Shown one piece after another: positions 28,134-36,640 of a stretch of 64,000 bases of DNA. This DNA comes from Longimicrobiales bacterium. GTDB taxonomy: Bacteria; Gemmatimonadota; Gemmatimonadetes; Longimicrobiales; RSA9. Every line of letters starts with the position of its first letter. Position 1 is the stretch's first letter. Under the pieces are notes generated by a model, which was not told the origin of the DNA, did no database searches, and was given only the letters and a program-made list of their open reading frames with translations. The stretch spans positions 8,298-72,297 of the forward strand of contig DASTYK010000009.1 of assembly GCA_035764935.1 (NCBI GenBank), given 5' to 3'. The position numbers and the translations under genes are program-made.

Positions 28134-28316
28134 CAATGTTGCTCGCATCGCGCTTTCCTGTGATGCGTGCAACGTTGCCTGCCATAATCAAAGCCAATGT
28201 TGCTCGCATCGCGCCCATCTCGAATGCGTGCAACGTCGCCTGCCATAATCAAAGCCAATGTTGCTCGCATCACGCCTACCTGGAATGCGCGCAACGTTGC
28301 CTGCCATACTCAAGGG
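28134..28316 (+). repeat. array of three tandem 61-bp units, each a 16-bp-arm hairpin plus a 17-nt linker
   Basis: Units at 28134, 28195 and 28256. Arms CAATGTTGCTCGCATC / GATGCGTGCAACGTTG are conserved, the 12-nt loops are variable, and the linker is CCTGCCATAATCAAAGC. Confidence 0.9.
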
Positions 28317-28346
28317 CGATGCGCTCGCGCCGCCCACACGCGCCGT

Positions 28347-28772
28347 TCAGACCGAGCCCTGCCCCGCCGCGATCCCTTCCTTCAGCGTAGCCGCGACCTC
28401 TTCCACCGCGCGGCCCTGGATGTCCTTGCGCTCCATGATGAACGCGACCTTGCCGTCGCGGAAGTAGACCATGGCGGGCGAGGATGGCGGGACGGGCGCG
28501 TGCAGCTCGCGGACGCGGTCGGTGGCTTCGATGTCGGCGCCGGCGAACACCACGCCGAACGCCTGGGGGAGGCCGTCCTCATCGTGCAGGATCTCGAGTG
28601 CGGGGCGCATGGTGCCGCCCGCGCAACCGCAGATCGAGTTGATCACGACCAGCGCCCCGTCGGCGTGCTGCTGGACGAACGAGTCCACCTGCTCGGGGGT
28701 GCGCAGCTCCTGCGCGCCGAGGCGGGTAACCTGCTGGCGGTACGGGGCGATCATCATTTCCGGATACCTCAT
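28347..28772 (-). CDS. BrxA/BrxB-type bacilliredoxin (YphP/YqiW, DUF1094)
   Basis: Redox motif VINSICGCAGG (CGC). N-terminus aligns with B. subtilis YphP from memory. ATG 28770-28772; alternative GTG at 28781 lies 8 nt after GGAGGAG. Confidence 0.85.
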   Translation of the reverse strand: MRYPEMMIAPYRQQVTRLGAQELRTPEQVDSFVQQHADGALVVINSICGCAGGTMRPALEILHDEDGLPQAFGVVFAGADIEATDRVRELHAPVPPSSPAMVYFRDGKVAFIMERKDIQGRAVEEVAATLKEGIAAGQGSV

Positions 28773-28786
28773 CGTGCTCACGACGC

Positions 28787-29968
28787 TCACTCCTCCTGTG
28801 TGATGCCCGGTCTGTTCGGTGCGAAGCCGAGCTCTTCGAGTATCTGCTGCGTGTGCTCGCCTGCGTGTGGCGGCGGGCGGTCTGCCGCGGCGCGTGCGCC
28901 GTTCCACCGGAGCGGCGGCAGCGGGCCGCGCAGCGCTGGCGCGTCGTCGCGGGGCGTTGCATGCAGCAGGCCGCCGGCTGACGTCTGCGGTTCGTCCGCG
29001 ACCTGGTCGATCGAACGGATCGCTGCGCAGGGTACACCGGCGGTGCGCAGTCGTGCCTCCAGCGTTGCGACGGGGAGCTGACGCGTGACGCGCTCGATCT
29101 CGGCACGCAGCGTGGCCTCGTCGGCCACGCGCTGCGGGTTGGTCTGCCACCGTGGCTCGCGTGCGGCGCTGTCCAGGTCGAGCGCTGCGCACAGCTTCTG
29201 GAAGAGCGCGTCGTTCGCGCCGGCGATCATCAGCTCACCATCGGCAGCGGCAAATGCGCCGTAGGGCGCGATCGCGGGGAACCCGGTGCCGTGGCGCTGC
29301 GGCACGGTGCCATCCGCGAAGTAGCCCATGAGATGGTAGGCGTTGTACCCGATCGCCGTCTCGTACAGTGCCGCGACCACGTGTGTCCCCTGCCCTGACT
29401 GATCGCGCTCGCGCAGGGCCGCGAGGATCGCGAGCGCCGCCCACGTTCCAGTCCCGTAGTCGACGACGGATGTGCCCACTCGTGCGGGAGCGTCCGGCTG
29501 ACCGGTCACGCTGATGAGTCCGCCGTGAGCCTGCGCGAGGGCGTCGTATCCCGCGAGGTCGGCGAGCGGCCCATCTGCGCCGTAGGCACGCACGGAACCG
29601 TAGATGAGTGCAGGATGCCGCTCGCGCAGCGCCTCTGCGCCGCACCCGAGTCGCTCGGCGACGCCGCGGCGGAAGGACTCGACGAAGATGTCGGCGCGCG
29701 CGACCAGCGCATCGAGCACGGCTCGCGCGTCGTCGCGCTTCAGGTCGAGCGTGATGCTGCGCTTGCCACGGTTCACCGAGAGGAACATCGTGCCGTCCGC
29801 GCCCCACTGCGGCGGCGCCCATTCGCGAGCCGGGTCGCCGCCGGGTGGCTCGACCTTGACGACGTCGGCGCCGAGGTCCGCCAGGATCTGCGTGCAGAAT
29901 GGGCCCGCGATGTTCTGCGAGAGGTCGACGACACGGATCCCGGCGAGCGGTCGCGGCCGGACGCTCAA
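28787..29968 (-). CDS. family III CoA-transferase (CaiB/BaiF)
   Basis: PLAGIRVVDLSQNIAGPFCTQILADLGADVVKVEPPGGDPAR is the family N-terminal signature. The only in-frame start close enough is TTG 29966-29968, overlapping the kinase stop (TTGA). Confidence 0.82.
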   Translation of the reverse strand: MSVRPRPLAGIRVVDLSQNIAGPFCTQILADLGADVVKVEPPGGDPAREWAPPQWGADGTMFLSVNRGKRSITLDLKRDDARAVLDALVARADIFVESFRRGVAERLGCGAEALRERHPALIYGSVRAYGADGPLADLAGYDALAQAHGGLISVTGQPDAPARVGTSVVDYGTGTWAALAILAALRERDQSGQGTHVVAALYETAIGYNAYHLMGYFADGTVPQRHGTGFPAIAPYGAFAAADGELMIAGANDALFQKLCAALDLDSAAREPRWQTNPQRVADEATLRAEIERVTRQLPVATLEARLRTAGVPCAAIRSIDQVADEPQTSAGGLLHATPRDDAPALRGPLPPLRWNGARAAADRPPPHAGEHTQQILEELGFAPNRPGITQEE

Positions 29969-31719
29969 CTCCGTACCACCGCCTGTGCGCTGAGCACGCC
30001 GGCGGCGGCGGGCAACACGAGCGTGAAGCGGGCGCCACCGGTCGGCACGTTGGACGCGAGCAGGTCGCCCCGCATCCCGCGCGCGAGCGCACGACTGATC
30101 GACAGTCCGAGGCCGACGCCGTCGGTCAGTGTCGATGCGTCGGGTCGGAGCTGCACGAACGGCTCGAAGATCTCCTCGATCCGCTCCTCCGGGACACCCG
30201 CGCCGGTGTCCGTCACGTGTACCCGCGTGCTCGTACTGTCGACCTCGCACTCGATGGTGATGCGGCCGCCTTCCGGCGTGAACTTGATCGCGTTGGACAG
30301 CAGGTTCATCAGGATCTGATCGAGCTTATCCGGATCGGCGAACGCATGCGCGGCCGCGAGCGAGGGCGGAATCACGCAGTGCAGCCGACGCGCATTCAGC
30401 TGCGGCGTGAGCAGCGTCACGATCTCCTGCACGGCACTCGGCAGGTCCACGTCGCGGGCGGCGAAACGCACGCTCCCCGCCTCCAGCTTCGCGAAGTTGA
30501 GGATGTCGTTGATCAGTGCGAGCAGGTGGTGGCCACTGCGCTGGATGCGCTCCAGCGCCTGCAGCTGCGCCTCCGTCATGGGACCGTGGATCTCGAGCTG
30601 GAGGAGCTGCGCGTGGCCGGCGATCGCATTCAACGGGGTGCGCAGCTCGTGGCTCATTGCGGCGAGGAACTGTGACTTGGCAGCGTTTGCCTCCTCGGCC
30701 ACGCGCCGTGCCTGCTCGGCCGCGGCATTCGACGCATGCAGCGCGTCGTTGGCGGCGTGGAGCTCACGGTTGCGCTCCTCGAGCTCGGACATCAGCTGTA
30801 TCAGCTCGTCCGCCTGCGCTTCCAGCTCGATCGCCTGCTGCTCGAGCTGCTCGTGCGACGCCCGCAGCTCGGCCAGCAGCGCGCCCTTCTCCTCCAGCAT
30901 GGACTCGGCGGCTTCCCGCGCCGCCTGCTCACGCAGCAGCTGCCGCTCACGCTCGGCCGCGGCGCGCTGCTCCGTCACGTCCTGGCAGGTGCCGACCAGG
31001 CGGACGACCCGGCCGTTCCGGGTCACTGCCCGGCCGTGCGTCTGCAGCACGCACACTGCGCCGTCCGGCCGCTGGATCCGCTCCTCCCACTGGAAGGCGC
31101 CGGCCGTCTGCAGCGCGTGCTCGACGGCGGCCGTCACCCGCGTGCGCTCCTCCGGCAGCAGCCGCTCCAGGAATGCGTCGTAGGAGGGGGTGAAGCCGTC
31201 GGGATCGACGCCGTAGACGTCGTACAGCGCCGGGGACCACTGCAGCTTGCCGGTGTCGACGTCCCACGACCAGCTCCCGAGCCGGGCGACACGCTGCGCC
31301 TCGTCGAGTCTCCGGCCGTGCTCCTCGAGCTGCTCCTGCGTGCGACGCCGCTCCGTCAGGTCGCGCAGCAGGATGGCGAAGCCGGCACCTCCCCGCTCCG
31401 GCGCATAGCGCAGGATCTGGGTGTGCGTCCAGATGCGCGTCCCGTCCGCGCGGGGGTGCCAGCCCTCGAACTCGAACTCGCCGGCCGCCCGCGCGGCCTC
31501 CAGCGCCGACTGCTTGCGTTCCTGCGCACCGGGGTCCTCCGCCAGCAGCTCGCGGATCGATCGGCCGACCGCCTGGCGTTCGTCCCAGCCGAGCAGGCGC
31601 GTCGCTCCCGTGTTCCACTCCGTCACGACGCCCGCATCGTCCAGTGCGATCATCGCGTGGTCGCGGATCCGCTCCAGCAGCAGGCTGGCGAGCCCGTCAC
31701 GCTTCTGTTCGTTCCGCAC
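29965..31719 (-). CDS. PAS-domain sensor histidine kinase (cytoplasmic, two PAS)
   Basis: HisKA AMSHELRTPLNAI. HATPase_c motifs NLLSNAIKFT, DTGAGVPEE and GVGLGLSISRALA. Start set to GTG 31717-31719, 7 nt after GGAGG. Confidence 0.85.
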   Translation of the reverse strand: MRNEQKRDGLASLLLERIRDHAMIALDDAGVVTEWNTGATRLLGWDERQAVGRSIRELLAEDPGAQERKQSALEAARAAGEFEFEGWHPRADGTRIWTHTQILRYAPERGGAGFAILLRDLTERRRTQEQLEEHGRRLDEAQRVARLGSWSWDVDTGKLQWSPALYDVYGVDPDGFTPSYDAFLERLLPEERTRVTAAVEHALQTAGAFQWEERIQRPDGAVCVLQTHGRAVTRNGRVVRLVGTCQDVTEQRAAAERERQLLREQAAREAAESMLEEKGALLAELRASHEQLEQQAIELEAQADELIQLMSELEERNRELHAANDALHASNAAAEQARRVAEEANAAKSQFLAAMSHELRTPLNAIAGHAQLLQLEIHGPMTEAQLQALERIQRSGHHLLALINDILNFAKLEAGSVRFAARDVDLPSAVQEIVTLLTPQLNARRLHCVIPPSLAAAHAFADPDKLDQILMNLLSNAIKFTPEGGRITIECEVDSTSTRVHVTDTGAGVPEERIEEIFEPFVQLRPDASTLTDGVGLGLSISRALARGMRGDLLASNVPTGGARFTLVLPAAAGVLSAQAVVRS

Positions 31720-31883
31720 AGCGGCACCTCCGGTGATGCGAAGCTCCGGCCGTTCCGCCCCCGTACCACACCGCCACCCAGGAAGCCGACGAGCCCTGGA
31801 AGGTTGGTCCCCCGGGCAACAGCGGCAAGGCCCCGGCCAGCGCGAAAGGAAGGAAGCAGCCGGCATGCAGCAACACACGCGCC

Positions 31884-31912
31884 TTTACAGCAGCCGGACG
31901 CAGCCCTAGAAT
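31884..31912 (+). promoter_or_regulatory. near-consensus sigma70 promoter of the 139-aa unknown gene
   Basis: -35 TTTACA (31884-31889), 17-nt spacer, -10 TAGAAT (31907-31912). Confidence 0.5.
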
Positions 31913-32007
31913 GCCCAGCGAAACCACGTCTCACGAGACAACTTCGCGCACCAACTAGCGGCGGTTCCGAACGGTGTTTGCTGCACCGGGCCGCCAAGGA
32001 GCCGGTC

Positions 32008-32427
32008 ATGTCGGAGAACACGCGCATCCGTGTCACGCTGCGCTGGGTCCAGATCCTCGACAACAAGGAGCCGTTCTACAAGGAGCGCGGTGAGTTCTTC
32101 TTCCGCGCCAGTGTACGCGGCAATGGTGCCCCGCAGGAGACGCGGATCCCGGAGGACGGCACGTTCGAGATCTCCGACCATCCGGCCTGGAACCGGGTCA
32201 ATTTCGACCGCGTCATCTTCGATGGCCCGGTGGGCGACAGCCTCGAGATCCAGCTCCATGGCGAGGAAGTCGACACGACGTCGGGCAACGACACGCTCGA
32301 GCTGTACAAGCGCACGTTCCGGGGCGACCCCTCCGCGTGGCTGGGCGAGCACTCGCCGCACGACGAGGACGAGGACCCGGAGAACCTGAAGGACTGGCGC
32401 GTCTGCTACCGGATCGAGCGCGCCTGA
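32008..32427 (+). CDS. hypothetical protein (139 aa), possible C2-like beta-sandwich with an acidic tail
   Basis: ATG 32008 after AAGGAG (31996-32001). This is the only coherent part of the long track ORF 30736..32427. No signal peptide. Confidence 0.7.
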   Translation: MSENTRIRVTLRWVQILDNKEPFYKERGEFFFRASVRGNGAPQETRIPEDGTFEISDHPAWNRVNFDRVIFDGPVGDSLEIQLHGEEVDTTSGNDTLELYKRTFRGDPSAWLGEHSPHDEDEDPENLKDWRVCYRIERA

Positions 32428-32513
32428 GCGCGCGCCCGACCGTTTCATTCCAGGCGATGCACGGCCGCTCGACAAGGGCGGCCGTTCGCGTATCTGCAAC
32501 AGGAGGCCAGACC

Positions 32514-33503
32514 ATGCGATCGATCGCTCCCGCCTTGGCTCTTGTCCTGACTGCAGCGCTGGCGGCGCCGTCCGCCGCACAGTCGCTCGACATCCGCGAG
32601 TGGCCCGTCCCCTGGGAGGACTCGCGCCCCCGCGATCCCTTCGTCGACGGCAACGGGCAGGTCTGGTTCGTCGGGCAGCGCGGCAACTACGTCGCAGCGC
32701 TCGACCCCGAATCGGGCGAGTTCCGCCGCTTCGAACTGCCCGAGCGCGCACTGCCACACAACCTGATCGTCGATGATGCCGGCATCGTCTGGTACGCCGG
32801 CAACGGCAACGCGCACATCGGCCGACTCGACCCGGCCACGGGGGAGGTCGAGCAGATCCCGATGCCGGACGACGCGGCGCGCGACCCGCACACGCTCGCG
32901 TTCGACGCCAACGGCGACATCTGGTTCACCGTCCAGGGCGGCAACTTCATCGGCAGGCTCGACACCGGTTCCCGTGAGGTCCGGCTCGTGGCCTCGCAGA
33001 CTCCACGCTCCCGCCCCTACGGCATCGTCGTCGACGACAGCGGGCGCCCCTGGATCAACCTGTTCGGCTCCAACAAGCTCGCGACCGTCGATCCGCAGAC
33101 GTTCGAGCTGCGCGAGATCGCGCTCCAGCGCGAGGACGCACGCACGCGGCGCATCGGCCTGACCTCCGACGGCGCGGTGTGGTACGTCGACTACGCGCAG
33201 GGCTTCCTCGGCCGCCTCGATCCCGCCAGCGGCGACGTGCAGGAGTGGGCCCTGCCCGGAGGGACCGGCAGCCGCCCCTACGCCATGGCCGTCGACGCAC
33301 AGGACCGGATCTGGGCCGTGGAGACGGGCGCGGAGCCGAACCGGTTCGTCGGATTCGACCCGAGGACGGAGGAGTTCTTCGGCACCACCGCCGTGCCGAG
33401 CGGCGGCGGGACCATCCGGCACATGGTGTTCGACGCACCGTCCAACACCATCTGGTTCGGCACGGACACCAACACGATCGGGCGCATCGTTCTTCCCCGA
33501 TGA
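32514..33503 (+). CDS. secreted Vgb-family (streptogramin-lyase-like, COG4257) beta-propeller protein
   Basis: ATG 32514 after AGGAGG. Signal peptide MRSIAPALALVLTAALAAPSAAQ. Repeated blades with G-x-(I/V)W(F/Y) (GQVWFV, GIVWYA, GDIWFT, GRPWIN, GAVWYV, DRIWAV, NTIWFG). Confidence 0.8.
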   Translation: MRSIAPALALVLTAALAAPSAAQSLDIREWPVPWEDSRPRDPFVDGNGQVWFVGQRGNYVAALDPESGEFRRFELPERALPHNLIVDDAGIVWYAGNGNAHIGRLDPATGEVEQIPMPDDAARDPHTLAFDANGDIWFTVQGGNFIGRLDTGSREVRLVASQTPRSRPYGIVVDDSGRPWINLFGSNKLATVDPQTFELREIALQREDARTRRIGLTSDGAVWYVDYAQGFLGRLDPASGDVQEWALPGGTGSRPYAMAVDAQDRIWAVETGAEPNRFVGFDPRTEEFFGTTAVPSGGGTIRHMVFDAPSNTIWFGTDTNTIGRIVLPR

Positions 33504-34084
33504 CCCGACGCTCCCTCGCGCTGCTCGCCCTCGCCACGGTGACCGCAGCCGCGGCAGTTCAGGCAGGCGACGTCCCTGCAGCGGGCAGCGCGCTGGAGCG
33601 AAGTGAGCCGCAGGATCCGCCACCCGCGCACACCGGCGGCTTCGGTGAGCCGACCTGCCAGGAGTGCCACTTCGATGCCGGCCTCAATGAGGGCCCCGGT
33701 ACCCTGCAGGTGAGCGGGTTGCCGGACCGCGTGCTGCCGGACACGACGTACAGCGTCGTCGTACGGCTCGCGCAGCCGGGCATGCAGCGCGCCGGATTCA
33801 TGCTCAGCACGCGCACGCCGGACGGCACGCAGGCGGGCGTTCTGCGCAGCGTCGACGAACGCACGACGACCACCGTCGCAGGCGACGTCGTCTACATCCA
33901 TCACACGCTGCCCGGCACGTTCGTGGAGGGTGAGGTGCACGAGTGGGCGCTGGAGTGGAGAACGGAAGGCCTCAGCGGCGACGCCCCCGTAATCGTGCAC
34001 GTCGTCGGCAACGCCGGCAACGACGACGCCTCCCCGTTCGGCGACCTGATCTACGCGGCGGAGCTGCAGATCGGCCAGGAGTGA
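33500..34084 (+). CDS. secreted hypothetical protein with a single CxxCH haem-c motif
   Basis: ATG 33500 overlaps the stop of the propeller gene (ATGA). Signal peptide MTRRSLALLALATVTAAAAVQA. Motif HTGGFGEPTCQECHFD. Confidence 0.7.
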   Translation: MTRRSLALLALATVTAAAAVQAGDVPAAGSALERSEPQDPPPAHTGGFGEPTCQECHFDAGLNEGPGTLQVSGLPDRVLPDTTYSVVVRLAQPGMQRAGFMLSTRTPDGTQAGVLRSVDERTTTTVAGDVVYIHHTLPGTFVEGEVHEWALEWRTEGLSGDAPVIVHVVGNAGNDDASPFGDLIYAAELQIGQE

Positions 34085-34248
34085 GCACCGCACGGCCACG
34101 CGAGGTTCACCCTCGATGCAGCTCCTGATACCTTTCCCGTACCAGGTAATCCCGCGACCACCACGATCCGGGGATCGCGATGCGGTCCGGGACTGACGAC
34201 GACGACGCCGGACACCAACGCGACCCGGCGGCGACAACGTGGATCGCA

Positions 34249-34860
34249 ATGGCTGACCATCTCGAACTCGACCGTTTCCAGCGCCAGCTCGCCTTCATCG
34301 TGGAGGTCGACAAGCTCAAGACCGTGCTCCGCCGCAGCATGCTCACCGACCTGTCCCGTCGCGAGAACAGCGCCGAGCACTCCTGGCACCTCACACTGAT
34401 GGCCGTGCTGCTCCACGAGCATGCCGACGCGCCCGTCGATCTCATGCGCGTCATGAAGATGCTCCTCGTTCACGACATCGTGGAAATCGACGCCGGCGAC
34501 ACCTTCGCCTACGACGAAGTCGGCCGCCTCGACAAGGAGGAACGCGAGCGCCGCGCCGCCGATCGTCTCTTCGCGCTCCTCCCCGACGACCATGCGCACG
34601 AGCTGCGCGCCTGCTGGGAAGAGTTCGAGGCGAACCAGACCCCCGACGCGCGCTTCGCCAACGCACTCGACCGCCTGCAGCCGCTCCTGCAGAACCTGCA
34701 CACGCAGGGCGGAACCTGGCGCTCGCACGGCGTCACGCTCGAGCAGGTGATCGAACGCATGCAGCCGATCCAGAACGCATGCTCTTCGCTCTGGCCCTGG
34801 GTCGAGGACTCGCTCCGCAACGTGTGGGTCAACGGCAAGGTGCGGGATCCGTGGGACTAG
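34249..34860 (+). CDS. HD-domain phosphohydrolase (YfbR-like 5'-deoxynucleotidase family)
   Basis: Motifs ENSAEHSWHL and LLVHDIVEIDAGD (H...HD...D). Start at ATG 34249. Confidence 0.85.
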   Translation: MADHLELDRFQRQLAFIVEVDKLKTVLRRSMLTDLSRRENSAEHSWHLTLMAVLLHEHADAPVDLMRVMKMLLVHDIVEIDAGDTFAYDEVGRLDKEERERRAADRLFALLPDDHAHELRACWEEFEANQTPDARFANALDRLQPLLQNLHTQGGTWRSHGVTLEQVIERMQPIQNACSSLWPWVEDSLRNVWVNGKVRDPWD

Positions 34861-35272
34861 GGAGTGGCTGGCCTCGTTTCACGCAGAGACGCGGAGGAGC
34901 AGAGGCGCAGGGAGTGGCCGGTTTCGTTTCACGCAGAGGCGCGTAGGAGCAGAGGCGCAGGTTTCTTGTTTCACACAGAGGTCACTGGGGACACAGCGGA
35001 CACAGTGGATCGAGACACCCGCAGCTTCTTCCGCATCGAAACATTTCTTTTTGTAGTGGGGCTTACCGGCCCCGAACGTGACGTGGCACGATGATCGTGC
35101 TGCGGCCGCGAAGCCATTACAAAAAAGGGATGGCGGACTTGACAGAGTTCCGTCGGACGGGGACAAACCCACTGTGTCCGCTGTGTCCCCAGTGACCTCT
35201 GTGTGAAAAAAACTGCGCCTCTGCTCCTCCGCGCCTCTGCGTGAAAACGAGGAAGCCCGTGACGCAGAGGTC
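34861..35272. repeat. long palindromic MITE-like element, copy A (includes a 50-bp direct duplication)
   Basis: Perfect 40-bp inverted repeat 34969-35008 / 35169-35208. Outer arms 34932-34960 / 35213-35241 have 1 mismatch. Tandem 50-bp duplication at 34861-34910 / 34911-34960. The AT-richer centre is imperfectly palindromic. Confidence 0.85.
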
Positions 35273-35280
35273 AACCAGTG

Positions 35281-36570
35281 TTAGATCCGGTCCAGCGCCT
35301 GCCTCAGGTCCGCGATCACGTCCTCCGGATGCTCGACCCCGACCGAAAGCCGGATCATCGATGGTGTGATCCCCATGCGCTTCTGATCCTCCGGCGGGAT
35401 GTCGGAGTGGGTCATGGAAGCGGGATGTTCGGCGAGCGACTCGGTGCCGCCCAGGGAAACGGCGAGCTTGACGACCTGCAGCGCGTCCAGCACACGGAAC
35501 GCCTCCGCCTCGCCGCCATGCACCTCGAAGGAGAAGGTGGAGCCGGGCGCCGTCGCCTGCTTCTGGAAGATCCGGCGCTGCTTCTCGTCGTCGAGCATCC
35601 CGAGGTAGTGGACGCGCCGCACCTTCGGGTGGTCGGCGAGGAACTCGGCGATGTAGCGGGCGTTCTTCATGCCCGAGGTAACCCGGAGCTTCAGCGTTTC
35701 CAGGGAGCGGAGCAGCAGCCAGCCCGTCCAGGCGTCCGAAACCGAGCCCAGGATCGTGCGCATGCCGCGCACCTTGGACAGCAGCGACTCCGCGCCGAGT
35801 GCTGCACCGGCGATCAGGTCGCTGTGCCCGCCGACGTACTTGGTGAGCGAGTACAGCACGATGTCGGCACCGTGCGCGAGCGGCTGCTGCCAGAGCGGAC
35901 CGAGGAACGTGTTGTCGACTACGACGAGCGGCCGTGACCCGTCCGGCTGTGTCATCGAGCGTGCGAGCTCCGCACAGCGAGCAATGTTGACGAGCGCATT
36001 CGTCGGGTTGGCGGGCGTCTCGATGTAGATCACGGCCACGCGGCCGATGCCGCGCGCCATCTCCAGTGCGGGCTCGAGTGAAGAGTCATCGCCTGCCATG
36101 AATGGAACGCGCCGGACCCCGTACTCGGGCAGGATGTTGCGCACCAGGTAATCGGTGCCGCCGTAGATCGGCTCGCTGTGGAGGATGACGTCGCCCGGGC
36201 GCAGGAACGTGAACAGCGTGGTCGAGATCGCCGCCATTCCGCTGGAAAAGAGCAGCGCGCACTCCGCGCCGTCCCACAGGCAGAGCCGCTCCTCGACGAG
36301 CTGCAGGTTCGGGTTGTTGATACGGGAGTAGATGAGCCCGATTTCTTCGCCGCGTCCCGGCTCGCGCAGGCCGTAGGCGACCTCGAAGAACTCCTTGCCC
36401 TCCTGCGCCGACCCGAACACGAACGTGGACGTCTGGAAGATCGGCGGCTTGAGCGCGCCCTCGGAAAGCGCGGGCTCGTAGCCGTAGCCCATCATCATCG
36501 TCTCGGGGCGCAGTGCATGCCCGTCGATGCTGCGCTTCCGGTAGCTCTTCTCCTGCTCCGCCAATTCCAT
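35281..36570 (-). CDS. PLP-dependent trans-sulfuration enzyme (Cys/Met metabolism family: cystathionine gamma-synthase / beta-lyase / methionine gamma-lyase-like)
   Basis: Full track ORF. ATG 36568-36570 after GAGGAGG. PLP-lysine context YSLTKYVGGHSDLIAG. Confidence 0.9.
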   Translation of the reverse strand: MELAEQEKSYRKRSIDGHALRPETMMMGYGYEPALSEGALKPPIFQTSTFVFGSAQEGKEFFEVAYGLREPGRGEEIGLIYSRINNPNLQLVEERLCLWDGAECALLFSSGMAAISTTLFTFLRPGDVILHSEPIYGGTDYLVRNILPEYGVRRVPFMAGDDSSLEPALEMARGIGRVAVIYIETPANPTNALVNIARCAELARSMTQPDGSRPLVVVDNTFLGPLWQQPLAHGADIVLYSLTKYVGGHSDLIAGAALGAESLLSKVRGMRTILGSVSDAWTGWLLLRSLETLKLRVTSGMKNARYIAEFLADHPKVRRVHYLGMLDDEKQRRIFQKQATAPGSTFSFEVHGGEAEAFRVLDALQVVKLAVSLGGTESLAEHPASMTHSDIPPEDQKRMGITPSMIRLSVGVEHPEDVIADLRQALDRI

Positions 36571-36640
36571 CCTCCTCGTTGAAGCGCCGGACTGGTGGAC
36601 CGCCGGATCGACCGGCGCCGGTATCCGGAGGTCCGACCAC

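Noticed and set aside
28134-28316. Possible CRISPR array (also considered for 24445-24560).
   Set aside because: The repeats are directly abutting with no unique spacers, unit lengths of 61 and 47 bp fit no CRISPR repeat/spacer geometry, and there are no cas genes in the window.
27886-28467. Small overlapping ORFs on both strands encoding reiterated peptides (MLLASR..., MRATLALIMAG...).
   Set aside because: They are generated by the 61-bp tandem repeat read in several frames. They have no RBS, and the reiterated peptide simply mirrors the DNA repeat.
34864-35274. ORFs 34864..35094(+) and 34879..35274(-) inside palindromic element A; analogous ORF 50489..51064(-) across element B.
   Set aside because: They are mirror-image products of the inverted repeats, and both strands give the same peptide, FHTEVTGDTADTV. 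They have no start context and span obvious non-coding palindromes.
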